NCBI GenBank assembly: GCA_036172245.1
Contig: JAYWIR010000029.1
Coordinates: forward strand, 620,001 to 684,000
Length of the DNA stretch: 64,000 nt
Reading direction: 5' to 3'
Source of the DNA: Raillietiella orientalis
Taxonomy: Eukaryota
In this document: positions 27,097 through 39,700 of the stretch, in pieces
Numbering within the stretch: the first letter of the stretch is position 1
Layout of the letters: each line of letters starts with the position of its first letter
The notes under the pieces: generated by a model
What the model saw: only the letters and a program-made list of their open reading frames with translations
Database searches by the model: none
Told to the model about the DNA's origin: nothing
Program-made: the position numbers and the translations under genes

Positions 27097-30000
27097 AAAC
27101 GATGATCGATAGATCGCTTTTCTTTGTTGTTGTTTTTCTTTTCTTTTCATGACGCCATGCCGGGAGTTGGCGGGGGGAGGGGGGAACAGTCCAAGAAACG
27201 CGCTGAAAGCGCCGGTTGCTCACCAGGAAGAAGAAGGGGGGGGGGGGGGAAGCGAAAGTTGGCACGCTTGCAGGCCGCTGCAAAGCGTCCTCGGAGGAAG
27301 CGTGCGAAATACTCGCTCGCGCGTGCCTCGCGAGTGACGCACACCATGCTGCGCCCCGAGTTTCGCTCGTCGTTCGCGGCAAGCGTTTGCAGCGTAGGGG
27401 CTGCACGGCCTCAGGGGGAGGCTGAGGAGGAGGAGGGAACGACGGGCTAAGTAAACGGATGGCGAGTGGGTGGAGTCACCGCTGCCACGCGGTCCGTCTT
27501 GTCCTCGTCCTTCGTGCCGTGCGAGGGCAGTCCTTCCCTGTGGTCACCGCTGCACGAATCATGGACGCGGGAGCCGGAACGGCCGCCGCAGGGCACTTCC
27601 AGCTCCAGCCGTGCTGGAAGTGCGCAGACGGGCGCAGATGAGCGACCGCTGGCGGACGGCAGGTGAGGGTGCCCACCAGGGAGGAGGAGGAAGGACGAAG
27701 CGCTCGCCCTGCGAGGATCTTTCGGCGGGGGCTCCACGTGCGTTGTTCGTTCGAGCGGGATGGGTCGGGACTGCTGCCGCGAGAGCAACGCGTCCCCGTC
27801 CCGGACAAGAGCCCCTCCGAGGGATGTAGGTGTGGACGTAGGTACATACGGACGCATCTGCTGCGATTCGGAGAAGGGGGGCAGGAGACGCTCTTCCTTT
27901 CTTGGATGCGCGGCTGCCCCAGTCTTCTTACTCTCAGGCAACCAAGCCCCCCTTTCCCCCTCCGTGAGCGCTGCGTCCTCCGAGGAGGGCAGGGGAGCCG
28001 CCACCACCCCGCTGTCGTCGCGGAGACCAAACTGGCGGTCCCCTGCCCTCCCGGGGAGTGGACGGCGCCTCTATGGCACACGTCTGCGACCGTCCCGAGG
28101 ACTCACGCCGATGCCAGCGCCTCTAGCGCAGTGCCGAGAAAACGAATGGAGCGCGGGACGGAAACTCCCGGCGTTGTCCCGGAGTGTCGGAGGCCGAAAG
28201 AGGTCGTCGGGAAAGAAGGAAGCGAAGCGTAGGGGGAGGATGGAAGGATCCAGGAGTGGTTCGCCCTTGGACCGTCCAGGTGGTAACACCATCCTCTCCT
28301 CCCTCCTTCCCTCTCCCCCCCACATACACATCGTCCTTCCTCCCGCTTACGCGACGTTCTCCCGTGAGGGGGGAAAGGGTTGCTCCCGTGCGATTCGCGC
28401 GCTTCACTGGCAGCAGGTCCGGGAACGAATCGTCCCTAATCGCTCGGAAGACTTTCCTCTCTTTCTCTCAGGGCGACTCCCGGACGCGCGCACAATCGAT
28501 TTTTCCGACGGAAGGGGGCATTGCCATCCCGAGCGTGAGGAGGACGCGCGTTCCCGGGACAGGTGTTGCGCGGAGCAGGCTCGAAAGGAGGAGGAGGGGA
28601 ACAAGGGGTCGAGCGACCCTCCTCTCCCCTCCCCTCCCCACCTTCCTTCCTGCCCCGTCCCTTTCGTCTCCCCGCGGCCGGCTACTCGACGCTGCTGCAG
28701 CGCCGCCGGCCGATCACGTCCTGCGCCCGCGCGCGCGCTTCCATGACGAATCAGATCGCGGGTGCTCTCTCTCAGAGCCGGGTGACGTCACGCGCTCGCG
28801 CGCCTGCTCGGTCGGCGCTCCTAATTCCGTTGCGGGAGGTCCCTTTTCTCTCCCCACCTCGCACTCTCCGAAGTGGGGGAACGTCGCCGCGACCCAAGAA
28901 TCCTTCCTCCCCTCCCCTACTCCTCCCTGCTCCGGGGAAGATGAGATGGTGAAACGGAGACGGGCAAGAAGAGAAGGGGGTGGAGGGAGAGGGAGAAGGG
29001 CATCGTCCATGCCATTGGGAGGGTCTAGGAGAGACCTCGAGGCGGCGGCGGCAGCGGCTTGCTGTTAGGGCTTCGCCTTGGGTGTGGCTTCCTCCCTGTC
29101 TTTGTGGAGACGCGGGCAAACCTCCCTAGGGTGCCCGCCGCAGGTCCCTCGCGGGTCGTGCGGCCTGTGGCGCCGGGCGAACCTGTCGGTCGGGGTCTCC
29201 GAGGAGATGGTGCCCGGGCGGGGTTGAGGGCTGCTTCAACGAAGGGAGATCGCCTCTAGCCCCCGCCTGCATCGAAGGGGGGGGGGGGGAAGAGGTTCCC
29301 GAGACTCCCCCTTCTCCGCGCGGATGCCAGGCTAGCCTGACGAACGAATGCCAAGGTCCGTCCAGAGGTATGAAGTAGGGTGTGCGAATAGGAAAGGGAG
29401 AGAGTCCTCCTGCCTTGCCCAGCTTCCTCCCAGCTTTCCACCAGGACGCCGCCCTCGGTTCCACCGAGGTCACTCCTCTCGCGGTGCGCGTTCGACGCGC
29501 AGGGAGGAGAAAAAAAAAAAAAAAAAACACCCGGCGGTCTCCGAGAGCTTCTGTCGGACAAGAAAAAAAAGGAAGGAAGAAGAAGAAGAGACCAAAAAAG
29601 AAAGGGTGGTGAAAGGGGGAGGGAGATGCTCTACTTGAGGCTCTTCCCTGCTTCCCCGACCTCTTCCTTCCCCTCCTAACCTCCGGCTCGCTTGCCCTGT
29701 CCCGTCCACGAGGGTCGCTTCGGATGCTTCGGAAAACGAGGCGGCGACCTCTCCGCGGTGGTGGCTGGCGACGGCGCTCACCGCGATGAGGGTGAACTCG
29801 TTAATTACACGGGGATGAGCTGCAGACCCAGCTGCATCATCCGACGCGTCAGCTTGAGCCTTTGGACAAACACGGTGGGCACGCTGCGTCCTTCTGGCGA
29901 CGCCGGACATTCTGACGCGCCTGGCAGGGGCAGCCGGGTTCGAAGCTCGCTTGGGGCACGCGCGGATGTTCGGTTCGCCTCGCCTTCCTTCCCTTCTTGA

Positions 30001-30419
30001 TCGATTTCTGGTGTGAAGGGAAAAAGAGGAGAAAACAAGAGCACTTCCGCTTTTCACACGGAGACACGCGCGCGCATCCAGTCGGTCGGGTGGGGGCTCT
30101 TCGGGTTCGCTTTTCCTGCGCTCCTCCTCCTTTCCCGTGCTCCTCGCTCTCTTTCGGTTCCCGCCCTCGGAAACGCAGCAACGACCTGAGCAGACCCGAG
30201 CAGCCCTGGGTGCTCCTGGAGTGCACACACGGTCGTTTCCAGTGACGCGCGTGTCTGGTTCCATCCTCCACTCATAGATGACGCTGGTCTGTCGCCCTGT
30301 CGCTTCACCTTGTTACCAGCTGTTTCGCGTGCTCACTTTTCTCATCATCTGCTAATAATAATAAACACGTTTGAATATGGATAGCACTGTTTGTCTCATT
30401 GCATCTCCCAGCATCTCAG

Positions 30420-30700
30420 AGACCTCGCAGGCGATCCGGAATGGATTTCTTCGGAGCTGTAAGGTGCGTTGCTGTGAGCTTGTGGTGCAACGAAGCACCG
30501 TTGAAAGTATCGATAGTAACGTATCCGAAGAAGCGTGGGCTCGGACATCGCTTTCCAGCGATCCCATGGGAACCACGAATTGCTTCACTCGCGTTTCCCG
30601 GGGTGAGACGACGGGGCGAACGGTCCCGCATGAAGCTGTGCGCCCTCGGCTCTGCAGAAACGCTCGTGTCGCTGAGGTGCGCCGTTCTCACCCGGTGAAG
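30420..30700 (+). mobile_element. Decayed L1/Tx1-like RT fragment
   Basis: QAIRNGFLRS..VR..ELVVQ, SID, MGTTNCFTRV and (frameshifted) RSCR*GAPFSP. Resembles QNGF..GR.I.D, S.D.EKAFD, MGF...FI.W and RG.RQGCPLSP. Confidence 0.33.
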
Positions 30701-32959
30701 AATTGCTTGCGAAAGTCCGCGCATTTGTACGTGCGCGGGCGTCGCCAGGGAAGCGGCTCTAGAAGATGGTGAGGGCGAGGGATCGCCTTCTCTCACGTGT
30801 GCATGCACAAATCACACCAGAAGCGCCGGCGATGCGGGAAGCAGCCAGATCGCGTGTCCACCTATTCGGGACGGTTTCCAGGTCAAATGGGGGTGTAAAA
30901 ACAAAAACAAAAACAAACAAACCCGTGCGGAGCTGCCGCAAGGCATCTCCGAATCGCGGAGCCTCTCTTTTCATGTGTTTTCTTCTTTGCCCCCCCTCCC
31001 TGGAAACGCCGCCATTCACAGGAAAATCAGGAAAGCTGAGCTGGATCCGTATTATTAACACATTTCCTACTTTCCCTCCGCGCGCTTCGCACGGAAACGA
31101 GCCATTTCCTGCCGGTGGGCCTTGTCCTGACTTGGAATTAATTATTTCAGTTTAATAATCCCTGCTGCTGTTCCGGGCAAGTCCGTGCGTTCCTGAAACG
31201 AACGCTGCTGCGAAGTGTAAGTTTCTGGTCCTCTTTTCCTTCCTCTTCTTTCCCTCGTTATTGCTGTTGGCTCTGTCGTACGACGTTTCCGAACGACTAA
31301 ATTATATGTCAAATCTGACAAATGGTTTTTCCGTCAGTATAAATAGATTTTCGTGAGTCGAATGCATTTCTTTGTAAATTAAGAATAATTCGGGTGCGCA
31401 TTTGTTTTTTCTTTTCTCTCTCTCTCTCTTTTTTTCTTTCGACTTTTCGTTCGTTTGTTTTCAGCGAGGCAACGTTCCCCGCGGCGTTGTCCCGACAGGG
31501 ATCGGAACCGCGTTCCCCGAAGGCGCCCCCGTTCCCCGCTCGCGCTCTTCCCGAAGGTGTCGGTTCCGGAAAAACGGGACAGGGCGGGATGGAACGGGGG
31601 AGGCAAACCACTCTGCACTGATCGCCCCGCATGCTTCGGTGGCACCGTGGGTCGCCCTTATAAAAAATAGACATCCAAAAGTGCAGATGCTGACGGCGTC
31701 GGTTATTACAACCCAGATGTTGCAATTAGCGGGTTAACCGCAATGAAATGTTGCAGCGCGGTGCGAATGATGCAGCACACAACCTTCAGCAACGCACCGA
31801 AGAGGAGTGTGACCAGGAGCCGCCCCAGGGAACGCAGTCGAATCCCTGTCTGTAATCCGTGGATGGCGGCTCGCACTTTGCACTCTTGGACGTTCCCTCT
31901 TCCTTGCCTGTTCTTTTCTGTTTTGCTCTTCCTCCATTTTGCTCTGGTCGGTGCACCCTGGCGGTGGTGCTCACCGGGGACGATGCACACGGTTCCTCGC
32001 GTCCCCGGAACAGGATGCGGAGCACTCGGACGGTTCCATCCAGGTGATGGATGATCTTCCTGCTTCAGGGTGAAACGTGCAGGCTGCGGGACTTTTGCTG
32101 ACCATGGGTCTTGGAAGGAAGCTCTGGCCGATCCGGGAACAAAATATAAGCGCACGTGTTCCTCGTCTCCTAGAAAAAGAAGAAGAAGAAATGCCTCACT
32201 GAACCTGAAGATCACAGGAGGCACTCTCCGCCTCTTGCGCTCTTCCCCGTCAGGTTTTCAGCAGCATCAGATCCAACGAGGTTGCCTCCGAATTTTATAC
32301 TCTTCAACCTTCGGAGTGCTTATTTATTTACCTTCAAATTTTCACTTTTCATCTCCGAATTTTTTTTATGCTTCATCTTTTTTGTTTTTGCTTCTTCGTC
32401 TCCGAGCTTTTTTTTTTTTTTTTCCCATCTTCACCTTCCATTTTCTAATGTTTGGTCCGATGCTTTGTGCTCCGTCCACCCGAAGCTGCACAGCGTGCCC
32501 ATGTCGGAAGGTGTTTGGCAGTGTTGGAAGACAAATTCGGATCGTGGGTTCACGCTCCATTCCAAGGGAGCTACGTGCATAGGTCCTCGGGAGCACATAC
32601 ATTGTTATGATTCCCCCCTTCACGTACATATAAAAAAAAAAAAAAAAGAAGAAGAGGAAAAAAAAAAGAAAAGAAAGAAAGGCCCACGCCTAATTTCCGC
32701 ACATCTTTTACTTGTTCGCTTGTATATCACTCCGTGTACAGATAGAATGACACGTTCCTCCTGGCAACCCTGCACGTGAGCACAGGGACACATGGACGGG
32801 ATGGATGGCGGAATGTGAAAGGTAGGCCTGACTGAATAGGTGGCTGCTCTCGGTCCCGTTTTCGTGCACCTCATCCCGACAAGAAGTGAGGAGAGTTCCT
32901 AGTGATCAAAGCATTCTTTTCCGAAACCTGAAGCGGAAGGCAGTTTTTACTTTCCATTA

Positions 32960-33105
32960 TGCTCGAACTACCATGGCCAAGTACATCAGCAATAAATCCT
33001 TCGTTCATCGTTCCATCTGTTCTTGATAAAATCGCCAAAATTCTTTTGTGAAATATTTCCCACCCAACATTAGGACAAAAGAGGACCACACATCGTGTTG
33101 GTACA
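32960..33105 (-). mobile_element. Possible decayed non-LTR RT fragment
   Basis: VVLFCPNVGWEIFHKRILAILSRTDGTMNEGFIADVLG resembles RPI.L.....KIFHKILA.RL......Q.GF...V.G. Confidence 0.27.
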
Positions 33106-36100
33106 TGCGAATCATGATAAACAGTGGGCAATGATAGATATGTTAGGGGGGGGAAAAAAAAAAAAAAAATTACAGACGCATGATTCCCAACCACTTGGAT
33201 TAAGGTATTTGTAGCTGCAAACGGGTGGAATCCTCGCTTCTGATTGGCGAGTCCGCTCGGCAGGGCGTGGCATCGGCCTGCACATTTGCGAGAAGTAGGA
33301 AGCAAACAAGCGTACTATGCTAATCCAGAGCTTGTTTTTCTTAAGGGGAGCGGCAATTACGGAAACGGCCTCTGGAGAGATGCGAAAACAACTCGCTCCG
33401 CTTCGTCCAGAGGAGCAGAGCGAGCGTGGGCGGTTGTTGTTTTGGCCGCTCTGGTCCAGGGAAGGCGGTGGACTCGCGCCGCGAGTGCGCAGCCGCGCGT
33501 GCTGGGTCCGACCCCGTGCTCTGAGTGGCTCGCCGCCCGGATCATGGACACCTCGTGTCAGGAGTAGGGAAGAGCCGGTAGAAGGCGGGAGGAAATGAAG
33601 CGGCAAGGCGGCGCGAAGCTTCGTCGCCCTCTCTTGCTTCTCTCCTCCTCCTTCCCCTTCCTTGTCAGAGGCGGGCGACGACGCCCGAAAGCCGGTTTCC
33701 GGCGAATTCCTCTCGGTCGGCAGCACCCCCCCTCCCTCCCTCCCCCCCCCCAAACACGCCGCCTTCTAAATTCAGACTCCGCAGAATCGATTCCCGACAC
33801 CCATCTTGCTCCGATTCGGCTCCTCCTTCACCCTGGAGGAGACCTATCGAATGTGCCGAGGGAGCTTCGAGTGCCCGAAGATCAAACTCTATTTTCTTTT
33901 CTTCTTCCCCCCCCCCCCCCCTCCTTCGTTCGCTTTTTACCGTTCCAGTCCAGGGAGCCCGCGCTGCTGTTTTGCGACTCGCGCACACCCGAGCGAGAAA
34001 CACCGCCGCCCCGCAGGTCGGGACAAACGAGCGTCTCCAAGCGACCAAATGCGACGCTCACAATGACAAGGTGACGTTCGGAAGGGCTTTCCGACATGAA
34101 GCTTATTGTTGCCCATCACCTGCCAAACTCCGATGCAAATCATTGGTCCAATGGCAAAGGACCTGGGAGCGGCACAACAATGCCCGCCGTTTGTCCGCCA
34201 GCAGAATGGAGCGCCTCGCAGCCTCGCGAGTTTCGGTCGGCGCGACAGGGAATAATTAAGGGTCATTCAGGACGACCGGCCATAAAAGTGTCCCATGTTT
34301 TGCCAAACATGTCACCATCTCCAAGGTCCCCCATGGAGCGGATAGAACTTCCACATAACGAGTTCACCCTTGTAAATCGATTAGGTGACAGTCGGAAGAA
34401 CGCCCCCTGTTGCCGCGGTTTCCAATAGCAACAGGCATCGAGGGTGCAACAAATCTCATGGGGCTTTAGGATACGCGCCTGACGAGTGCTTTCACGCCGG
34501 TCCCAGCGCAGTGGGAACAGGAAAACAGTTTAGAATCCCATTCGTGAGTGGGTGCTGTTTACAGCCCGAGTAACGGGTTTCCGATTGAATTTCCATGGGA
34601 CCGAAGGTCTCCAGGGAAGCCTTCCCGGCCGTTCCGAGGGACGATTTCTCCGACTTTCGGAAGCTCTCCCGGTTCCCTCCCGTCCTGCCACGTGAGCTCC
34701 TACAGTGACGTTCACCTTTTTTTCTTTTTCCTGTTTTTCGATCCCCGGGTTATAAAAAAAAAAAAAAAAAAAAAAGGCTTTCGACTTATTTGATTAGCCG
34801 TGACAGCAGGGATTTTTTTCTCTTTTCCCGTCGGGTTTCCAGGAGGTAAACCGACGTCGTCCCTTCTCCGAAGGAAAACGCGGGGAGATCTCTCTCTGCT
34901 CGCAGTCACTCTGATGGATTGCGGTTGATTCTAATTAATGCAGGAGGAATCGCACCGCCTTTTAAAAGACGATCGCATGGCTTGCTTTCATGAATGCATC
35001 TGAGCATGATCTGACGCTTCAGTGTCGTCATGCATCTTCGAAACATCTGAGATGACATAATAAAAAAAAAAAAAAATGGGACGCCAAAAATCATCCATCG
35101 GGAATGGCGCCTAATCACACAGAACGAAGCATTCGACGTCAGCGTTCCAACAGACCTTCGCGTCCACCGGAGCAGAGTGAAGCAATCACGAGTTAACGAT
35201 CTTGTGCGCAGCGGTAGTAGCATTTTTTTTTTTTTTTTTTCTAATGTGTGTGTGTTCCCAGAGCTCTCTGTACACTCGTCAGCGCGCTTCACAGCGTACA
35301 TCACATCCGAACGCTTTCGCGTACACCCCTCTCTGTGATGGCACGCCTACAGCGCGTCGGGTGGCTCCTTTCTGAGATCCTGGCTGCGTGTCGCTTCAAG
35401 TTCCTGTCGTGAGTCCTCGGACGGATTCCCCAAAGCCGTGGGGATCCCTCCAGCACCTCGGCAAAGTGCGACGAGTCGGGAGAGAAGGCGTTTCCGAAAA
35501 CACGAGAACCCCCGTCGGCCTTCGTCTCCCTCCTGCGAACCCCTCCCCCCATCTGACCAGCGAGTACCTTCGCAAAGAGATAAAATAAGAAAAAAAGAAA
35601 TAATAATGAAGAAGTGCCATGAAAGTTGTCGTCAGTGCACGTGCTGGGGAAAACGACAAAAGGACCACTTTGCATTCGCGCATGGAGAAAGGAATGACGT
35701 GACACCTCGGCATTCATCCGAGGAGATCAAAATGAATCGATTCCTCTTAATATGCCCACTGTCATGCTCTGCATCAGTGTCCTCCCTTCCCCCCCCCCCC
35801 CCCTCCTTGCAGTTTCTTCCTTTGGCGATGTAACGGAAAATTTCCGCTGCCACTAGAAAGATGGTTGCAGCAGAGAAACCCTGCAACGCGAACGCCCGTC
35901 TGAGGTCCGGTGAATTTTTCCAGCAGGAAAAAAAAAAAAAAAAATGCCTTTGCGGGTCCATCTGACATGACAGGAGGCTTAGCGTGGCTGCTCGAAAAAA
36001 GGTCACGGATAAACTGCATGATTTAATGAAAGCTTCACAGATGCCAGCGGATCAGCAGTTCTCTGAAGTTCAAGCTGTTTGTAAACATCGGCACGGCCTT

Positions 36101-36781
36101 TCCTCCCCCCGGATGACAGGATGCTGACCGTGCGTGTCGAATGCTCTGGATTCCTCTTCGAGACCTTTTCCTAAGCACTGTTTTGCGGAATTTTTCGCGA
36201 GAAGTCGGTGCGAACGATTGGATGGAGTTTCGTTTTCGGCTCGAAGAAATCATGCATTCTCGCAGTGAAAAACACCCAGGCGACGCGATTCGCTTCTTTC
36301 TCTCTCTCTCCCCCCTCCCAACCCCCATCACGCACTTTTTGTCTTGTTTTTTCCCTCATACGTCTGAATTTAATTCGAAACTCCGTCAGGAGAAGGCCTG
36401 GAAGATGCAACGAGAAAGACATCTCTGCAACATTGTCGGGTTCCTTTTGATGTCGTAAAGTTCCGCTGAATGAGACACAAACTGCTTTAATTTACATCTT
36501 ATTCAAGGAAAATTATAATTGTTTCCTGAAGAAAAGAATTTGATAGGCAATACGAAAGAAAGATTTATCTCGTGAAAGCTCTTTAGCACGGAGGCTTGCA
36601 GATGAAGCAGCCGCCTTTGGAGATGGAAGCGATGCTCCAGAGATTGTCAGCTTTTAAGTGACTTGTGATAACTCGGCGTTCCAGTTTCTCGCATCTGGAA
36701 TGTGGGGAGGGCAGGTTATTGTGCCAAACACTGTGAACCGCAATTACGTTTCCAACGGCAACACGCACGCGCGTTGTTGAT

Positions 36782-36806
36782 TCTCTCTCTCTCTCTCTCT
36801 CTCTCA
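36782..36806. repeat. (TC)n microsatellite
   Basis: About 12 TC units, direct reading. Confidence 0.9.
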
Positions 36807-37239
36807 GACAGTGGATATTCTTAAATTTCATCTTGATAATTGCACCAGTGGCTAAACTTAGCTGCAGTGGTCAGTCGCGTACACTTTGCGACGTTTCCGT
36901 GAAACGCCTAAACATTAATCAGCAGAAGTCACTGCAGGCGGAATGAGATGCCCGCAACAAAACTGACGACAGGGTGTTCCCTGCGCAACTGTGTTGGCAC
37001 TTCAATCAACACACGAAGACGGGCAGCATCCGCTTTCGGATCGTCCTTTCGGGACGTAGAGAACGGCGTGCTGCTCTGTGTGATGTGTTGCAGCATCTCC
37101 AAGCTCAGAAGACGCTGTGGAACAACAGCCCGCAAGGGTTCGATAACTGTACGCATGTTACGAGTGTGGCTGCTTTTCTGAAGTGACAAATCGTTCACGA
37201 AGTGTGGCCGTCCAAAATTCATCGATGCTTTGCATAGAT

Positions 37240-37273
<34 letters not shown>

Positions 37274-39049
37274 GAAAAAAAAAAAAACAGATTACGTTTT
37301 TTTTGTGTTTTTTCGTTTTGTTTTTGTTTGGCCATGTTGCCGGGCGCGCGCGCGCGCTTTTTGTAGCGACGATTCTGCACGATTATTTTGGTACAGCGTG
37401 TTGATTCTGAGGCGAGGTTTGTTTCACTCTCGGTCTTGGGAGCGCACCAATCGGGTGTTCACCTAGAAATGGAGTGCGAAAACCCGAGAAGCGTCCTTTG
37501 ATTTCAAAAGATTCTTTTTTAATAGGGGTCTCATTATCCGCTGATTGACGCCAAAACTTGGCCGATGGGAGTTCGCCGCACTACGCTGACCAGGCTGGCT
37601 GCAGCGTGTGGGTCATCTTCAAGCAGCAACGAGCCGAACCGATTTCGTAGGCGAAGGCAGCAGAAGTGTCTCGTATGTCAGTATCCTTCCGTTCGCGATG
37701 AGAACTTCAATTAGCCTAATAGTGGGAGGTCAGTTTCATCTCGGCTCTCACAGATCCATCCTTGCAGTGTTCGTTTCCCTGTGGAACTTTCCAAAACTCC
37801 AGTGTTTCCTAGGAGAAGTGAAAGTGCGACGTTTGCTTCCATGGGTGGCAGCCATAATGATGCGGCGGTGCGCGTGTCACTGGAACTTTCGCGAAAGATC
37901 GTTCCCAGAGGTGATTTTCGTCGGCACCCACTCCGGTGATTCGCCGGACCAAACCAGTCGCTGGGCGCTCCGTTCAGCCTGCTGTCTCCGGGAAACACTC
38001 CAGCGACCGACGTGGTCGCTGGGTGGTCGCTTTGCGGAAAGGCAGTGCCTCCCGGAGCGTTCCAGAGAGCAAATATTCCCGACGCGCATCCTGGAACGGA
38101 TCGACCGGCATCGGCCTATCGGCGTACCGTTGCCAGGGATATTCCCAGAGTGGTCGAGGAAGGGCGTTCCTCGTCCGGGGGCTCCGATTCCTTGCGCGCA
38201 TCCGAAGAATCCCTCTCTCCCGGAGCGGATTTTCGCGCCAATCCCCCCTTCCCAAAGGAAACGCACGTTGTCAGAAGCGCGCGCGTAGCTCCGCAAGCAC
38301 ATGACGCAGAAGGCTTTCTCCCCGAGTCGTTGCTATTCCGTTGTGTAGGGCTGGGGCTTTCGGGAGCTGGAGTCAAAGGAGCAGGCACGCAAGGAGCATC
38401 AGCAGGCATTCCCTCGCGTTCCTCGGACGTCTCCAGTCAGAAAGTGCCGCGAGGCTCGTCTGTTCGGCTTCTCTCACCCTCTATGTCGAGTACGTCAGGC
38501 AATCCTGTGACGAGGACGAGGACGATGGCTACAATGGCGCAGCACCTGTGAGGCTCAGGACAGAAGCGCTGAGGATCGACAAGCCTGGACACAGCGTCCA
38601 CTTCTCCCTCTCGCCTTCAGCTCCGGAATTCGAGGACGCGCGCGACCCAGGCAGGTCGTCGGGTGGTGACTGCGTGCCGAGCTGCGTGTCCGAAAACCTC
38701 TCCCCCTCTCTGTCCTGGGAGCAGGGGTGCAGTTACTTCTCTCCCTCCCCCTCCCTTCCGCTAATCTTTCAAGGAAGCTCCTGGCCATTCCCTCGGCGCG
38801 CGGGTAGTCGCGAGCGGATCCAACGGAAACCGTCCAGAAAAGGTGCTGCCACCTCCGTGAAAATGGGCTCCTCGGCTGACAGCTCCTCTTCGCGGAATTC
38901 TCCCTCCCTTTCTCCCCCTCCTCCTTCGTTTGGCCCTCCTTAGGCTCCTCTCTGATTTCCCGCATCCCGATCCGAGAGTCTTCCAGATCCAGACATCCCC
39001 CGAGCGACCTCCAGACTCGCTGCACTTCCACGCCGGATTTCTGTCGCGG

Positions 39050-39700
39050 ACCGAGCAGCTTCCGGAGAACGTGATTGGTTACAGGAGTATGGATTGGAGT
39101 TCGCTAAAAGGGGCATCGCCCGATGGCATCCCGGAAGGAAGGGGGGAGTTCGCAGCAGCTCCCTGGAGTAGCGCCAGGGAGCGTGCGGTAGCCGCAGAGC
39201 TGGTCGCGACGACGTCCTCTCCTGCGGACGACTCGGCATTCCCTGACCACCCTCGTCTCTCATGCTGGCGCGAGGATGGCCATCGCTCTCCCAGCGGTAA
39301 GCGGGAGCCGAATTCTCAGGCTGGGAACGCCTGATTCCTCCCAGCCGCCTCACGGGGTTACCGCTAGGGAGGAATCAACTCCGCTGACGGCTGGGTTCTT
39401 CACTCGCGTCCCCTGATGCTCGTCCCGGGATGCTGAGGTGTCATCATCACCTGCTCAGATCGAAGGAGAAGGCAGGGAGGGTCGTTCTCGGGGGAATGCG
39501 TGCCTCTGTTCTCAGTAGTCCAGCAAACCCGAGCTGCTCGAAAACCACCCCTGAATGAGAGCCACTTTCCAAGGAGGATCGTTATCAGGACGACGGCGAC
39601 GGTGGCGAGGTGCATGAGCAGCACCGTCGAATTCTAGGGAAGATTTTCATCGATATGAAAATGGCGGCGCGACGGTGATGATGCTGCGGTGCTTGCGCAG
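39050..39700 (+). mobile_element. Possible decayed LINE RT fragment
   Basis: ENVIGYRSMDWSSLKGASPDGIP (GPDGIP-like), RQGGSFSGECVPLFSVV and GDDAAVLA occur in RT order, but the spacing is atypical. Confidence 0.25.

Noticed and set aside
25180..29068. Long ORFs of 294-374 aa
   Set aside because: GC shadow ORFs running through homopolymers and low-complexity tracts.
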